Assembly: GCA_964612105.1 (NCBI GenBank)
Contig: CAZTEU010000004.1
Coordinates: forward strand, 1 to 58,896
Direction of reading: 5' to 3'
From: an uncultured Gammaproteobacteria bacterium
GTDB lineage: Bacteria > Patescibacteriota > Patescibacteriia > Magasanikbacterales > UBA922
DNA length: 58,896 nucleotides
In this document: in pieces, positions 8,410-18,140 of the stretch
Layout: every line of letters begins with the position of its first letter
How positions within the stretch are numbered: position 1 is the first letter of the stretch
Notes under the pieces: model-generated
Seen by the model: only the letters and a program-made list of their open reading frames with translations
What the model was told of the DNA's origin: nothing
The model's database searches: none
Translations under genes and position numbers: made by a program

Positions 8410-10521
8410 TTAATGGCTTGTTGTTTCTAGATGATCCTCACGAAGCGAGTGGTCTATTGTACAGCTTGTAATACCTAGCTCTTCATCACACTTTGGACAA
8501 TAGTCGTGCTCTCCGTTTAGGTATCCATGTTTTGGGCAGATAGAAAAGGTTGGAGTGACTGTAATGTATGGTAATTTGAAGTTTGTAAGAACCTTCTTAA
8601 TTAGATTCTTACAGGCAATAGAGTCACTAACCCTTTCATTCATGTAGCAATGTAAAACAGTTCCTCCGGTATACCGTGTTTGTAGCTCGTCCTGTAATTT
8701 TAACACCTCAAATACATCGTCACTATAACCGACAGGAAGTTGTGATGAGTTTGTATAATATGGGGCTGATTCTGTGCCTGATTGAATAATGTCTGGGAAC
8801 CGCTTTTGATCTTCTCTAGCAAAGCGATATGTGGTTCCTTCTGCTGGAGTAGCCTCTAAATTATACAAATTACCTGTTTGTTCTTGGTAGTCCTGCAATT
8901 TGTTACGCATGAAGTCTAGAACCTCTTTTGCAAACTCGTTTCCAAACGGAGTGCCTATATTTTCTGCATCACCTGTAAAATTCCTTATTGCTTCATTGAT
9001 TCCATTTACACCAATTGTTGAAAAGTGGTTGTTTAGATAACCAAGGTATCGTTTTGTATATGGATACAGCCCAGCATCCATCCATTTCTGTATTTCTTTA
9101 CGCTTAATGTCTAATGATGTTTTTGCCAAATTCATTAAGTGTTCTATCCTTTTAAGAAATTGTTCTTTTGAGCCTTTACACGTGTACCCTATACGAGCAG
9201 CGTTTATTGTAACCACCCCTATTGAACCTGTCATCTCTGCGGACCCAAACAGCCCTCCACCTCTTTTCTTTAACTCTGTCATGTCTAGCTGTAAACGACA
9301 ACACATAGAGCGAACGTCTCCAGGATTTAGGTCTGAATTTACAAAATTCTGAAAATATGGAGTTCCATACTTAGCTGTCATTTCGAACAACTGCTCGTAT
9401 TTTGGATTGTCCCAATCAAAATCTTTCACTATGTTGTATGTTGGAATAGGAAAGGTAAATGTTCTACCTTTTGAGTCTCCTTGAGTCATAACATCTATAT
9501 ATGCCTTGTTTATCATATCCATCTCTTTCTGGAGCTCTCCAAAAGTGTATTCAAACTCTTCTCCTCCTAGCAAAAGTCTGCGGTCTTTCAAATCATCAGG
9601 TGGAATAAGGTCTAAAGTAATGTTTGTAAACGGAGTTTGTGTTCCCCAACGTGAAGGAATGTTTAGATTAAAAACAAATGACTGTATATTCTGATGTACG
9701 TAGGAGTACAGTTCCTTTTCTATATACTCGTCTCTTGCTTGGTCTGAACTAAACAACATTCCTCCCTCAGCAATACCCTTACGAATTTTTAGTTCTTTCT
9801 TTTTAACGAAGGGAGCCAGGTATGTATCAAAGCTGGAAAATGCCTGTGCTCCTGCCCACTCATTTTGTAGTGTTCCAAAGAAGTTGACCATCTGAGAGAC
9901 AGCAGAACTAAGGTGTCGTGGTGGATCTGATTCAATTTTGTTTGGCACACCATTAAATCCTTCTTCCAGAAGAGCCCTAAGACTCCACCCTGCACAATAC
10001 CCTGAAAGCATGTCTAAATCATGGATATGCATATCTCCATTGCGATGCGCCTCTCCAATGGCTCCTGGATACACATATGACAACCAATAGTTTGCTATAA
10101 CCTTTCCTGCTGTATTTAATACCATTCCACCAAGAGAATATCCTTGGTTTGAGTTAGCACTAACTCGCCAATCTAGTTGTTTTAGGTATTCTGTTACAGT
10201 TTTATCAACCTCAACGACAACATCATTCTGTTCACGTAGTTTACGTCTTTGGTCACGATACAATATGTATGCCTTAGCAATCTCACCATAGTCATATTTA
10301 ATCAATGTTTCCTCAACAGCATCCTGCACTTGCTCAACTGTTGGAATTTGACCATTAAAAGACTCGTCCAGGTGTATCTGAACGTCCTTTGAGAGGGTCT
10401 GTACAATAATTTTGTCATTATTACCTGTTGCTGTGGAAGCTTTAGAGATTGCTTCCTCGACTTTGGCACGATCAAAGTCAACTATGGTTCCATTCCTCTT
10501 TTGAATCTTGTAGATTGGCAT
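8410..10521 (-). CDS. nrdD: Anaerobic (class III) ribonucleoside-triphosphate reductase large subunit with ATP cone
   Basis: ATP cone IQKRNG; HIHDL, SMCCRL, EATPAEG, YYTNS, CxxH...CxxC; lacks the terminal RxxGY motif. Confidence 0.95.
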   Translation of the reverse strand: MPIYKIQKRNGTIVDFDRAKVEEAISKASTATGNNDKIIVQTLSKDVQIHLDESFNGQIPTVEQVQDAVEETLIKYDYGEIAKAYILYRDQRRKLREQNDVVVEVDKTVTEYLKQLDWRVSANSNQGYSLGGMVLNTAGKVIANYWLSYVYPGAIGEAHRNGDMHIHDLDMLSGYCAGWSLRALLEEGFNGVPNKIESDPPRHLSSAVSQMVNFFGTLQNEWAGAQAFSSFDTYLAPFVKKKELKIRKGIAEGGMLFSSDQARDEYIEKELYSYVHQNIQSFVFNLNIPSRWGTQTPFTNITLDLIPPDDLKDRRLLLGGEEFEYTFGELQKEMDMINKAYIDVMTQGDSKGRTFTFPIPTYNIVKDFDWDNPKYEQLFEMTAKYGTPYFQNFVNSDLNPGDVRSMCCRLQLDMTELKKRGGGLFGSAEMTGSIGVVTINAARIGYTCKGSKEQFLKRIEHLMNLAKTSLDIKRKEIQKWMDAGLYPYTKRYLGYLNNHFSTIGVNGINEAIRNFTGDAENIGTPFGNEFAKEVLDFMRNKLQDYQEQTGNLYNLEATPAEGTTYRFAREDQKRFPDIIQSGTESAPYYTNSSQLPVGYSDDVFEVLKLQDELQTRYTGGTVLHCYMNERVSDSIACKNLIKKVLTNFKLPYITVTPTFSICPKHGYLNGEHDYCPKCDEELGITSCTIDHSLREDHLETTSH

Positions 10522-10598
10522 ACTGGTTTGAGTGTTTAAGACTAAGCATAGTATTAAACACTTAAAAACAAAAAAGGTGTCATATTTGACACCTTCTT

Positions 10599-11678
10599 CT
10601 AGTCGTTTAATAGATTTCTTATCTTTTTCCTGGTACGGCTCAGTATTAGCTTAATTGCATTTTCTGTCTTATCCAACAAACCAGCAATTTCTCGTACGGA
10701 AAACCCGTCCTTGTATCTCATAGACATCACACGATTTTCAACTCCAGACAGACTCTTAATTGCCCCCCATATTTCTGAGCGATCCAGCATCTTTGACAGC
10801 CTGTCCTTGTCTGGAATAATGCTGAGCTGCTCATCATCTATGGAATAAGTTGTTTTCTTACGATAATGATTAACCAGCAGGTTGTGAGCAATCCTTAGCA
10901 GATAGGTCTTGTAGGATGAATTACCCGGTGTGTATGAATGGAGACTCTTTAGTGCCCTATAAAATGTCTCCTGAGTAAGGTCTTGAGAGATGTTTTTCTG
11001 AAGTGATAGGTGATGAAGAAAATAGTTATATATCTGTTCGTAATATTTACTATACAGCTCCTGAAATGCTTCTGAATCATTCTGCGCATCACTTACAAGA
11101 CAATAGTCCACCCCTCTTTCTTTGAAGCGTAATTGAGTCGGCTCAATAAAGGTCTTTTGGATAAATAATGAAACAGGCATACTGGGTGAAAAATCTATCT
11201 GCTCTTCAATACCTGTCCATGTGCTTAACTTAGAATACCACTCTCCTGCTGTAATGGACTTGTCAGACATGGTCTCAGAAAACTTAGATGGAAATGATCT
11301 TTCACCTGTATCAGTCTTTTGGGGCTGTATCTCAACGTAGTATTTAGTTTCACTCTTTTCATTAATTATTGGAGCAACATGAATTCTCTCTCTCATTCTT
11401 TCCCCACTTTTGTTCTGATTAGACACAAAGCCAACAAAAGGGCTTTTATGCTCACGAATTTGGTACCACAATTCATCATAAAATTGTCTGTCCATATGAC
11501 CACCCCAAAGATCCCCTGGCTGTTTGCCAATCACTTCTGGAGCATCATATCCCATTCTCTCCTTAATACTCTTACTTGCATATAGGCACTTGCCAGAATT
11601 GTCGGTTATTAGAAGAGAGCCGAGTTTTCGGCTGTTTTGCTCAGTATTTTGACTCTCACAGGAGCATTGATTTCTCAT
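10599..11678 (-). CDS. PAS domain-ECF sigma factor fusion
   Basis: N-terminal PAS (LITDNSG...GY...EVIGK...LW..I...N..KSG); C-terminal sigma2 (DLTQETF...YLLRIAHN) and sigma4 (S.REIA.LL...IK...SR). Confidence 0.85.
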   Translation of the reverse strand: MRNQCSCESQNTEQNSRKLGSLLITDNSGKCLYASKSIKERMGYDAPEVIGKQPGDLWGGHMDRQFYDELWYQIREHKSPFVGFVSNQNKSGERMRERIHVAPIINEKSETKYYVEIQPQKTDTGERSFPSKFSETMSDKSITAGEWYSKLSTWTGIEEQIDFSPSMPVSLFIQKTFIEPTQLRFKERGVDYCLVSDAQNDSEAFQELYSKYYEQIYNYFLHHLSLQKNISQDLTQETFYRALKSLHSYTPGNSSYKTYLLRIAHNLLVNHYRKKTTYSIDDEQLSIIPDKDRLSKMLDRSEIWGAIKSLSGVENRVMSMRYKDGFSVREIAGLLDKTENAIKLILSRTRKKIRNLLND

Positions 11679-11750
11679 GCCCCAATTATAGCATAAAGGC
11701 AAAAACATGGCTCTTTCCATAGGAAGTTACTTGATGTATGATAGCTGAGT

Positions 11751-12821
11751 ATGAAAAAGCTACTATTGGTGTCCGTTTCTGCTGGTTCTGGTCACGTACG
11801 CGCTGCAGAAGCAGTAAAAAAGACAGCAGAATTAAATCATCCAGATTTAGAGGTACAACACATAGACTTAATGGATTATATCAGTCTTCCCATGAAAAAA
11901 GCAGTGGTCGGTTCTTATGATTTGCTCGTTAGACAAGCTCCAGAGTTGTGGGGATATATATATGAAAAAACAAATAATCCAAAAATTACAAAGAAGCTAA
12001 AAAAGCTCAACAAGAAACTCAAAAAAATAAACGCATATAAGTTTAATGAGTATGTTTCAGAATATAATCCAGACTACATACTATACACAAACTTCCTCCC
12101 TACAGACATGCTGGACAATACCTCAATGGGTGAGGCACGCATTGGTACTCTTGTTACAGATTATGACCTGCACGAGCTTTGGGTTTCACACAAATCACAA
12201 GACTATTTTGTAGCAACAGAAAAAATTGCATGGAAGTTAGAGTACCGTGGTTTTGATAGAAAAAACATAACTGTAAGTGGAATTCCAATAGACCCAAAGT
12301 TTTACAAACAGATAAATACTCCTGCATATAATGCAGAAGTGAAAGAAATCCTAGTTCTTTCTGGAGGTCAGGGGTTGGCACACAGTGATAATGTAGTAAG
12401 AACATTGTTTAAACTAACGAAAGATGTAAAGGTTACAGTGATTGCTGGTAAGAATAAGGCCTTGCAGAAGAAACTAGAAAAATTAGAGGCTCCGGAAAAT
12501 ATAGAGTATTCTGTAATAGGCTGGACAGACAGGATTGAGGAGTACATGGCGTCTGCAGATGTAATAATTAGCAAGCCAGGAGGTCTTACAACCACAGAGT
12601 GTGCTGTGCTTGGAAAATGGTTAATAGCAGTAGACCCAATTCCAGGGCAGGAGGAAGGAAATGCACAGTTCCTATTGGAGAGAGGAATAGGAGATGTTGC
12701 ACACAACACAGAAGATCTTCTTTATTATGTAAGCTCAACCAAGGGAAGGAAGCATAGCAAGCCCTTGCAGGAAAAGTCTGCTTCAGAAATAATATTGGAA
12801 AAAATAAAAAACCCCGACTAG
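11751..12821 (+). CDS. GT28 glycosyltransferase (MGDG synthase/UgtP-like)
   Basis: GSGH.RAAEA, VTDY..H..W, GIPI, SKPGGLTTTE, PIPGQEEGNA. Confidence 0.9.
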   Translation: MKKLLLVSVSAGSGHVRAAEAVKKTAELNHPDLEVQHIDLMDYISLPMKKAVVGSYDLLVRQAPELWGYIYEKTNNPKITKKLKKLNKKLKKINAYKFNEYVSEYNPDYILYTNFLPTDMLDNTSMGEARIGTLVTDYDLHELWVSHKSQDYFVATEKIAWKLEYRGFDRKNITVSGIPIDPKFYKQINTPAYNAEVKEILVLSGGQGLAHSDNVVRTLFKLTKDVKVTVIAGKNKALQKKLEKLEAPENIEYSVIGWTDRIEEYMASADVIISKPGGLTTTECAVLGKWLIAVDPIPGQEEGNAQFLLERGIGDVAHNTEDLLYYVSSTKGRKHSKPLQEKSASEIILEKIKNPD

Positions 12822-12836
12822 CTCGGGGATTTTTTT
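12806..12836. terminator. Bidirectional terminator with a CCCGA/TCGGG stem
   Basis: AAAAACCCCGACTAGCTCGGGGATTTTTT between convergent genes. Confidence 0.75.
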
Positions 12837-13332
12837 AGTAATCTTCACATCCAGGAATGGCACTATTAATCTTACCTGTCCCAAGAGGGTCATCCGGATT
12901 TCCTCCGTCCTGCTCTATAGTACAATAAGAACCTTGTTGCGCTTGATTGCCAGTAGCAAACCTAACAGCAAGTTTTGTAAGTCCGTATGCACTCAGTATA
13001 ATTGCTAAGCCAATTACTCCATTCTTTAACACATTCTTTCCTTTTGTAACCTGCTCCTCATTACCCCCTGCTGTCATTATTAGGTAGCCAGCATATATAA
13101 CATATACAAGAGCTACAGTACCAAGTAGGCCTAATAAGGAGTTTATAATCTTCGCTGCAATAAGTTGTGGTGGCTGAGCATTTCCAAAACCTGCACCTTG
13201 CTTACCTGCAAAACTCCCTGACTGCTTTGCAATGTCTGCTTTTAGGTCTGCAGACACCTGTGTCGGAGACAAAACAAGTGCTGCTGCAAACAGTGTCAGC
13301 CCAATAAAACCTGTAACTAATAAACGTTTCAT
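12835..13332 (-). CDS. VirB2/TrbC-like (T4SS-type) pilin
   Basis: Signal peptide; YAGYLIMTAGGNEEQVTKGK...IGLAIILSAY core. Confidence 0.85.
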   Translation of the reverse strand: MKRLLVTGFIGLTLFAAALVLSPTQVSADLKADIAKQSGSFAGKQGAGFGNAQPPQLIAAKIINSLLGLLGTVALVYVIYAGYLIMTAGGNEEQVTKGKNVLKNGVIGLAIILSAYGLTKLAVRFATGNQAQQGSYCTIEQDGGNPDDPLGTGKINSAIPGCEDY

Positions 13333-13341
13333 ATTATGTTT

Positions 13342-13773
13342 TTAGAAAAATCCACCTTGGAAAGATGATGACTCAGTATTATATGTATCTGCTCCAGTAG
13401 AAGCATTGTATATTCTCTTTGCTACAAAATTTGTAATAGCATAAGCCATAAGAGTAATTGTTAATCCTATTACAGCTCCACGAATTGTCCTTTGCGCCTT
13501 TTGTATCCTATCTTCTTCACCGTGAGATGTAAGGTACAGGTATCCTGCGTATAGCACCAGAGAGGTGAACACAATACCAACTGTCTTAAGCAATATCATT
13601 ATTGCATCAGCAACTATCAATTGAGGACTCTTTGGGTTTTTTACCTGATAGCCCGCTGTATCTCCACCAGCCTTTAGCTGATTTGTAACGTTTGTCTTAA
13701 GACTTTGAGCCCCAACAATCCCTGGGCTAAGTCCCAGAGCAAGCAATAAAGATAATACAATAAACTTCTTCAT
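13342..13773 (-). CDS. VirB2/TrbC-like pilin
   Basis: YAGYLYLTSHGEEDRIQKA...IGL...AYAITNFV. Confidence 0.85.
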   Translation of the reverse strand: MKKFIVLSLLLALGLSPGIVGAQSLKTNVTNQLKAGGDTAGYQVKNPKSPQLIVADAIMILLKTVGIVFTSLVLYAGYLYLTSHGEEDRIQKAQRTIRGAVIGLTITLMAYAITNFVAKRIYNASTGADTYNTESSSFQGGFF

Positions 13774-13775
13774 AT

Positions 13776-14177
13776 TTACTTTTGGGGTTTTAGCTGTGTC
13801 TCAGGTGCGCTAACCTTATCTAACATTTTTCCCACAACAAAATTACTTATACTATATGCACCAAGCGTAATTATTATTCCTATAATAGACGCATTAATAA
13901 TATTCTTTGCTTTTTCAATCTGACTTTCTTCACCACGAGCTGTCATCCAAAGGTATCCTGCGTATACCATTAGTACAGTAAAAATAATTCCAACAAAGGA
14001 AAGGGCCGCGTTTACAATTTGACCAACAGTCTCAGCAAAAGTTGTTTCTGTTGCTTTTTTAAAACCAGCTGTTTTTCCAGCTTTGTGAACCTCGTCCACT
14101 CCCAAATTGACTGCCCCCACATATGATGGAACAGCAATTAAACCTGCAATGGCTAGACACAATATTATTTTTTTCAT
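13776..14177 (-). CDS. VirB2/TrbC-like pilin
   Basis: YAGYLWMTARGEESQIEKAK...AYSISNFV. Confidence 0.85.
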   Translation of the reverse strand: MKKIILCLAIAGLIAVPSYVGAVNLGVDEVHKAGKTAGFKKATETTFAETVGQIVNAALSFVGIIFTVLMVYAGYLWMTARGEESQIEKAKNIINASIIGIIITLGAYSISNFVVGKMLDKVSAPETQLKPQK

Positions 14178-14186
14178 AAGAAATGG

Positions 14187-14567
14187 TTAGAAGGCAGATA
14201 ACCTGCTTGTAACAAATGTAGTTATTGCATATGCGCTCAGCACGACCACTATACCAATTATAGATGCCTTTATTATATTCTGCGCCTTCTCCACCTGCGC
14301 CTCTTCTCCCGCAGCTGTCATCCAAAGATATCCCGCATATACCATCAGTATTAGGAAGATAATACCCACCAAAGTAAGGGCAGCGCTTATTATTCCACCA
14401 ACAAGCGTAGGTAGGTCTGCAGCGGTGTTTGCCCCTGCCTTGCTGCCGACAAAGTTTAGGTTGTTATTTGCATCCTTCAATCCTTGAGAAAAAACAGACT
14501 GGGCACCAATTGCCATCACAGCAACCATTGCGCAAATAGTGGAAAGTTTAATTATTTTATTATTCAT
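14187..14567 (-). CDS. VirB2/TrbC-like pilin
   Basis: YAGYLWMTAAGEEAQVEKA...AYAITTFV. Confidence 0.85.
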   Translation of the reverse strand: MNNKIIKLSTICAMVAVMAIGAQSVFSQGLKDANNNLNFVGSKAGANTAADLPTLVGGIISAALTLVGIIFLILMVYAGYLWMTAAGEEAQVEKAQNIIKASIIGIVVVLSAYAITTFVTSRLSAF

Positions 14568-14598
14568 AATATATTTCTGAGGTATAAAGAGTTAATAA

Positions 14599-15237
14599 TT
14601 AAAATGGATTCAAGTAGTCTCCAACATCTATGTCTATGAGCTTTTCACATTCGAGCTTACACTCATTTCCGGAAAGTCCATCAATCCACTTGTATTCTGT
14701 AAACACATCTCCTGCTGTTTTTACTTTTGCTTTTGTCTTACAAGTAGATTCTGTAGAAATCTTACATGTGTAATTCTTAATAGACGCTGTAGTACCAAAA
14801 CGATCTGCACAACATCCTAGGGGTTCTCCGCCAAGTGTAGGAGCTTGCGTACTGCTTCCAGCTGGAACCTTACCATCTATAACCCTCGTTGTAATAAACG
14901 AAGTAATGGCGTATGCACCTACAATGAAGATTAGCCCAAAGACTGCTCCTATAATAGTGTTTCTTGCCTTGTTAACCATTTCCTCCTCACCACGAGCTGT
15001 CATCCACCTAAAACCAGCATATACCATAATTACAAGGAAGACCAGACCAGACACAGAAAAGCCTATCTGAATCACTCTCGCTGCGAAGGTCTTTGCGTCC
15101 ACTTTTTCTGACCCTGCCTTTTGTGTAATTATTTCTAGATTTGCACCATGAGAATCGAAAGTCTGACGTGCCATACCTATCCCTGGCACCAGCATCATGG
15201 AGAAAACAAATATTATTATTAATCTCTTCAAATTCAT
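14599..15237 (-). CDS. Pilin with Cys-rich C-terminal domain
   Basis: Pilin core plus a GCC...C...C...C...C tail. Confidence 0.85.
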   Translation of the reverse strand: MNLKRLIIIFVFSMMLVPGIGMARQTFDSHGANLEIITQKAGSEKVDAKTFAARVIQIGFSVSGLVFLVIMVYAGFRWMTARGEEEMVNKARNTIIGAVFGLIFIVGAYAITSFITTRVIDGKVPAGSSTQAPTLGGEPLGCCADRFGTTASIKNYTCKISTESTCKTKAKVKTAGDVFTEYKWIDGLSGNECKLECEKLIDIDVGDYLNPF

Positions 15238-15238
15238 A

Positions 15239-15829
15239 TTATTCAGATGGTTTTGCTATACAACACACTATATTGTTCTTATCACTAGGACACGCACTGC
15301 CAATATACTTGTCTCCTGGTGTATATGTTCCAACATTCTTTACCCCATAAGCAGCCTTTACCTTGTCTCCTGCTGTAGGGTCACATTGCGTACCTGCATC
15401 GTAACAACCAAAACCACTGTCTAGGGCTTTGTATACACTACACGTACCCTCATCTACAGACACCTTCTGCTCTCCAGAAGTTGCCCTAAACACAAAGGCT
15501 GTAATTGCATATGCTGCAAAAATGATTAATATACCAATGATGGATGATGTAATTATACCTTGAGCCTTTTCTATCTCCTGCTCGTTACCTCTGGCTACCA
15601 TCCAACGGAATCCAGCGTATAGTATAAGGACAAAGAATACGATAGAAACAAGTGACAATGCGGTACTTACAACATCCCCTATAATCTCCACAATATTTCC
15701 TTTGCTCTGCCCCTTAAGCCCAGATCGTGAAGCTGTCTCATCTAAACCAAGCTGAGCAAAAGCAGGAACACCTACAAATAGTGCCGTGCAGGCAATTACC
15801 ATTATTATCTTCCTTATATTCTTTCTCAT
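15239..15829 (-). CDS. Pilin with Cys-rich C-terminal domain
   Basis: Pilin core plus a PGDKYIGSACP...VCC module. Confidence 0.85.
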   Translation of the reverse strand: MRKNIRKIIMVIACTALFVGVPAFAQLGLDETASRSGLKGQSKGNIVEIIGDVVSTALSLVSIVFFVLILYAGFRWMVARGNEQEIEKAQGIITSSIIGILIIFAAYAITAFVFRATSGEQKVSVDEGTCSVYKALDSGFGCYDAGTQCDPTAGDKVKAAYGVKNVGTYTPGDKYIGSACPSDKNNIVCCIAKPSE

Positions 15830-15830
15830 A

Positions 15831-17105
15831 TTATTTCTTTACACAACACACTTGTGAGCCTGGGCATACTCCTCCTATATAACCATTGCCAGGAACACCC
15901 TTCTTTTTTTCATTGAATATTTTATTAATTGCACCTTTAGGTGTATCGTCGTTCTTGCAACCAGAAATATTTGCTACACACTCCATGCCAGTTGTGCCGT
16001 ATTCAAGAGCACACGTACCTCCTTTTATCTTCTCACAAGTCTCCTTGTCTTTATTTGAAAAACCAAAGCTCCTGTTAGTTGCTGGATTTAGTTTCTCACA
16101 ATCCTTATCGTCCATCAACACACAACTTCCGTTGTCCAACAGACAATATACCTGCTTTGAATTCCTCTTATCCCGCTCGTCTGTGCATTTCTGCTTGTAC
16201 TCAACACCAGCATCTTTTGCGCTGTAATATACCGAAGGAGTGTTATTTTTTACACCTTCTGCATCACAATCTTTTTTAGAAAATGTATTACATGACCATT
16301 GTCCTGTATCTTTTGTGAAGTACAGACATGCTCCACTCTGAGAGTTTAATGCGAACATGTCCTGCTGACACGCCTCTAGGTTTTCTTTTACAGCACCTTG
16401 CTGAGCAGAGCAGTTGAGAGGACTTACTTTATCCAAACACTTGTACATTCCCTGGTTTTCCTTGTCTGGGATAAGACAAGCCTTTTCTTTTTCTAAAGGA
16501 ATACAACACTCAATTCCTTCTCCTTCACACAGCCCTAGTATGTATTTGTCACCAGGTGCATATACTCCTTCTTTTACCTTATCATGTTCAACCGCATATG
16601 TTTCAGGTATTCCACCACAGTTAGAGATTCCTGTACAACTAAAATCGCTGTAAGCTGACGAACACTCGTTTACTTGTCCACCAGAATCATTTTGAGATGT
16701 AGGAACCTCTACTTGCACCAAATCTGACACCCCAATACTCTGGAATAAGAACCTTGTAATTGCGTATGCACTCAACACTATAATAACACCTACAATTGCA
16801 CCAAATAACACCTCTCTTGCTTTCTTTTCTTGTTCCGCATCACCACGTGATGTCATCCACATAAATCCTGCGTAGAGGATAAGTAGAAAGAATAATGCAG
16901 ATACAAGAGACAGTACAGCTCCTAATGCATTACCTGCTATCTGTGCCAGACTATCGCCTGTGCCTTTCTTTGGTAGAAGAGTAGATTCACGAGCTATTGA
17001 GCTTAGGTTATAGTTTACTTTTTCAGCAGACACATTTTGTGCAACACCAAAGAACAGCATTATTGCTAGCCCACATATAACAGATGCTTTAGTAATAACT
17101 TTCAT
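15831..17105 (-). CDS. Pilin with long multi-module Cys-rich extension
   Basis: Pilin core followed by about 290 aa with many Cys, including two PG..YI.G.C...CC modules. Confidence 0.85.
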   Translation of the reverse strand: MKVITKASVICGLAIMLFFGVAQNVSAEKVNYNLSSIARESTLLPKKGTGDSLAQIAGNALGAVLSLVSALFFLLILYAGFMWMTSRGDAEQEKKAREVLFGAIVGVIIVLSAYAITRFLFQSIGVSDLVQVEVPTSQNDSGGQVNECSSAYSDFSCTGISNCGGIPETYAVEHDKVKEGVYAPGDKYILGLCEGEGIECCIPLEKEKACLIPDKENQGMYKCLDKVSPLNCSAQQGAVKENLEACQQDMFALNSQSGACLYFTKDTGQWSCNTFSKKDCDAEGVKNNTPSVYYSAKDAGVEYKQKCTDERDKRNSKQVYCLLDNGSCVLMDDKDCEKLNPATNRSFGFSNKDKETCEKIKGGTCALEYGTTGMECVANISGCKNDDTPKGAINKIFNEKKKGVPGNGYIGGVCPGSQVCCVKK

Positions 17106-17107
17106 AT

Positions 17108-17623
17108 TTATATTAATTTCCTGCTACAGGCTTTACTGCACACACTTTCTTTTCCGGATGAACAATACACAGCTGTATGATCCTTGCAGTCCGCATCTAC
17201 ATTACACTTGCCGTCTACCGCCACAGTTCCTGGCTTTATCGTACTTGTCCCTCCAGCACCCACACTCTCAAAAACAAAACTAGTTATGGCATATGCTGCA
17301 AGAACAATTATTATTCCAATGATTGCGCTAAATATAGTTTTAAGAGCTTCGCTACTCTGCTCCTCATTTCCACGAGATGTCATCCAAAGAAAGCCCCCGT
17401 ACAGGACTAGAATGAAAAACACTACTCCTGTAAGAGTGAGTAGTGCTCCAACTACATTTCCAATTCTGTTTGCAAGCTGTCCTTCTGGTCCCGACTTATA
17501 GAAACCACTTCCAACTTCTTTTGCTGTTTCCTCAAGACCAAACTTAGCATCTGCCGGTAGAGCCGGACTCCAGATACCTATCCCCATTATTATACATAAT
17601 GCTGTAACACGCCATATCTTCAT
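17108..17623 (-). CDS. Pilin with short Cys-rich tail
   Basis: YGGFLWMTSRGNEEQ...AYAITSFV plus a 5-Cys tail. Confidence 0.85.
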   Translation of the reverse strand: MKIWRVTALCIIMGIGIWSPALPADAKFGLEETAKEVGSGFYKSGPEGQLANRIGNVVGALLTLTGVVFFILVLYGGFLWMTSRGNEEQSSEALKTIFSAIIGIIIVLAAYAITSFVFESVGAGGTSTIKPGTVAVDGKCNVDADCKDHTAVYCSSGKESVCSKACSRKLI

Positions 17624-17637
17624 AGCTCAGTGCTATA

Positions 17638-18039
17638 TTATTTCGGCACCTGATATGCCTGCCCTGTTGTTTTTTCGTAAAGATTCGTGACCACAAAATT
17701 CGTTATGGCGTATGCAGACAGAACAATCAAAAGCCCAATTACTGCCTGACCTAGTCTGTTCTTAGCAGTAGTCACTTTCTCTTCGTTGCCACCAGCTGTC
17801 ATCCACTCAAAACCAGCATATATAACAATCACTACCATTATAATACCAAGCAAACTAAGAGCAACTTGGATTATCTTTGCTATTGTTGTACGAATATCTT
17901 CATTACCCAAACCTGTTGCTTCACCATAACCTAGTCCTAAGGGGTCTGGATCCTGCTGAGCCAGTGCATCTGCTCCAACAAATACCATTCCTCCCATCAA
18001 TAGCACAAAAGCTAGTGAAAGTAATATCTTTTTTTTCAT
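17638..18039 (-). CDS. VirB2/TrbC-like pilin
   Basis: YAGFEWMTAGGNEEKVTTAK...AYAITNFV. Confidence 0.88.
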   Translation of the reverse strand: MKKKILLSLAFVLLMGGMVFVGADALAQQDPDPLGLGYGEATGLGNEDIRTTIAKIIQVALSLLGIIMVVIVIYAGFEWMTAGGNEEKVTTAKNRLGQAVIGLLIVLSAYAITNFVVTNLYEKTTGQAYQVPK

Positions 18040-18064
18040 ATGTAAGTGTTAATTATATGAATCT

Positions 18065-18136
18065 GTCCTCCGACTCGCGTCAGAAGACTTGTTCATATAA
18101 AGAACGTCGTGGGGGGACGTATACACTCCCCCCACG
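18065..18136 (-). promoter_or_regulatory. Two strong intergenic hairpins after the putative major pilin (mRNA stabiliser or attenuator)
   Basis: 10-bp stem CGTGGGGGGA/TCCCCCCACG (18108-18136) and GTCTTCTGAC-GCGA-GTCGGAGGAC (18065-18088, GNRA loop on the minus strand). Confidence 0.65.
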
Positions 18137-18140
18137 CGGA

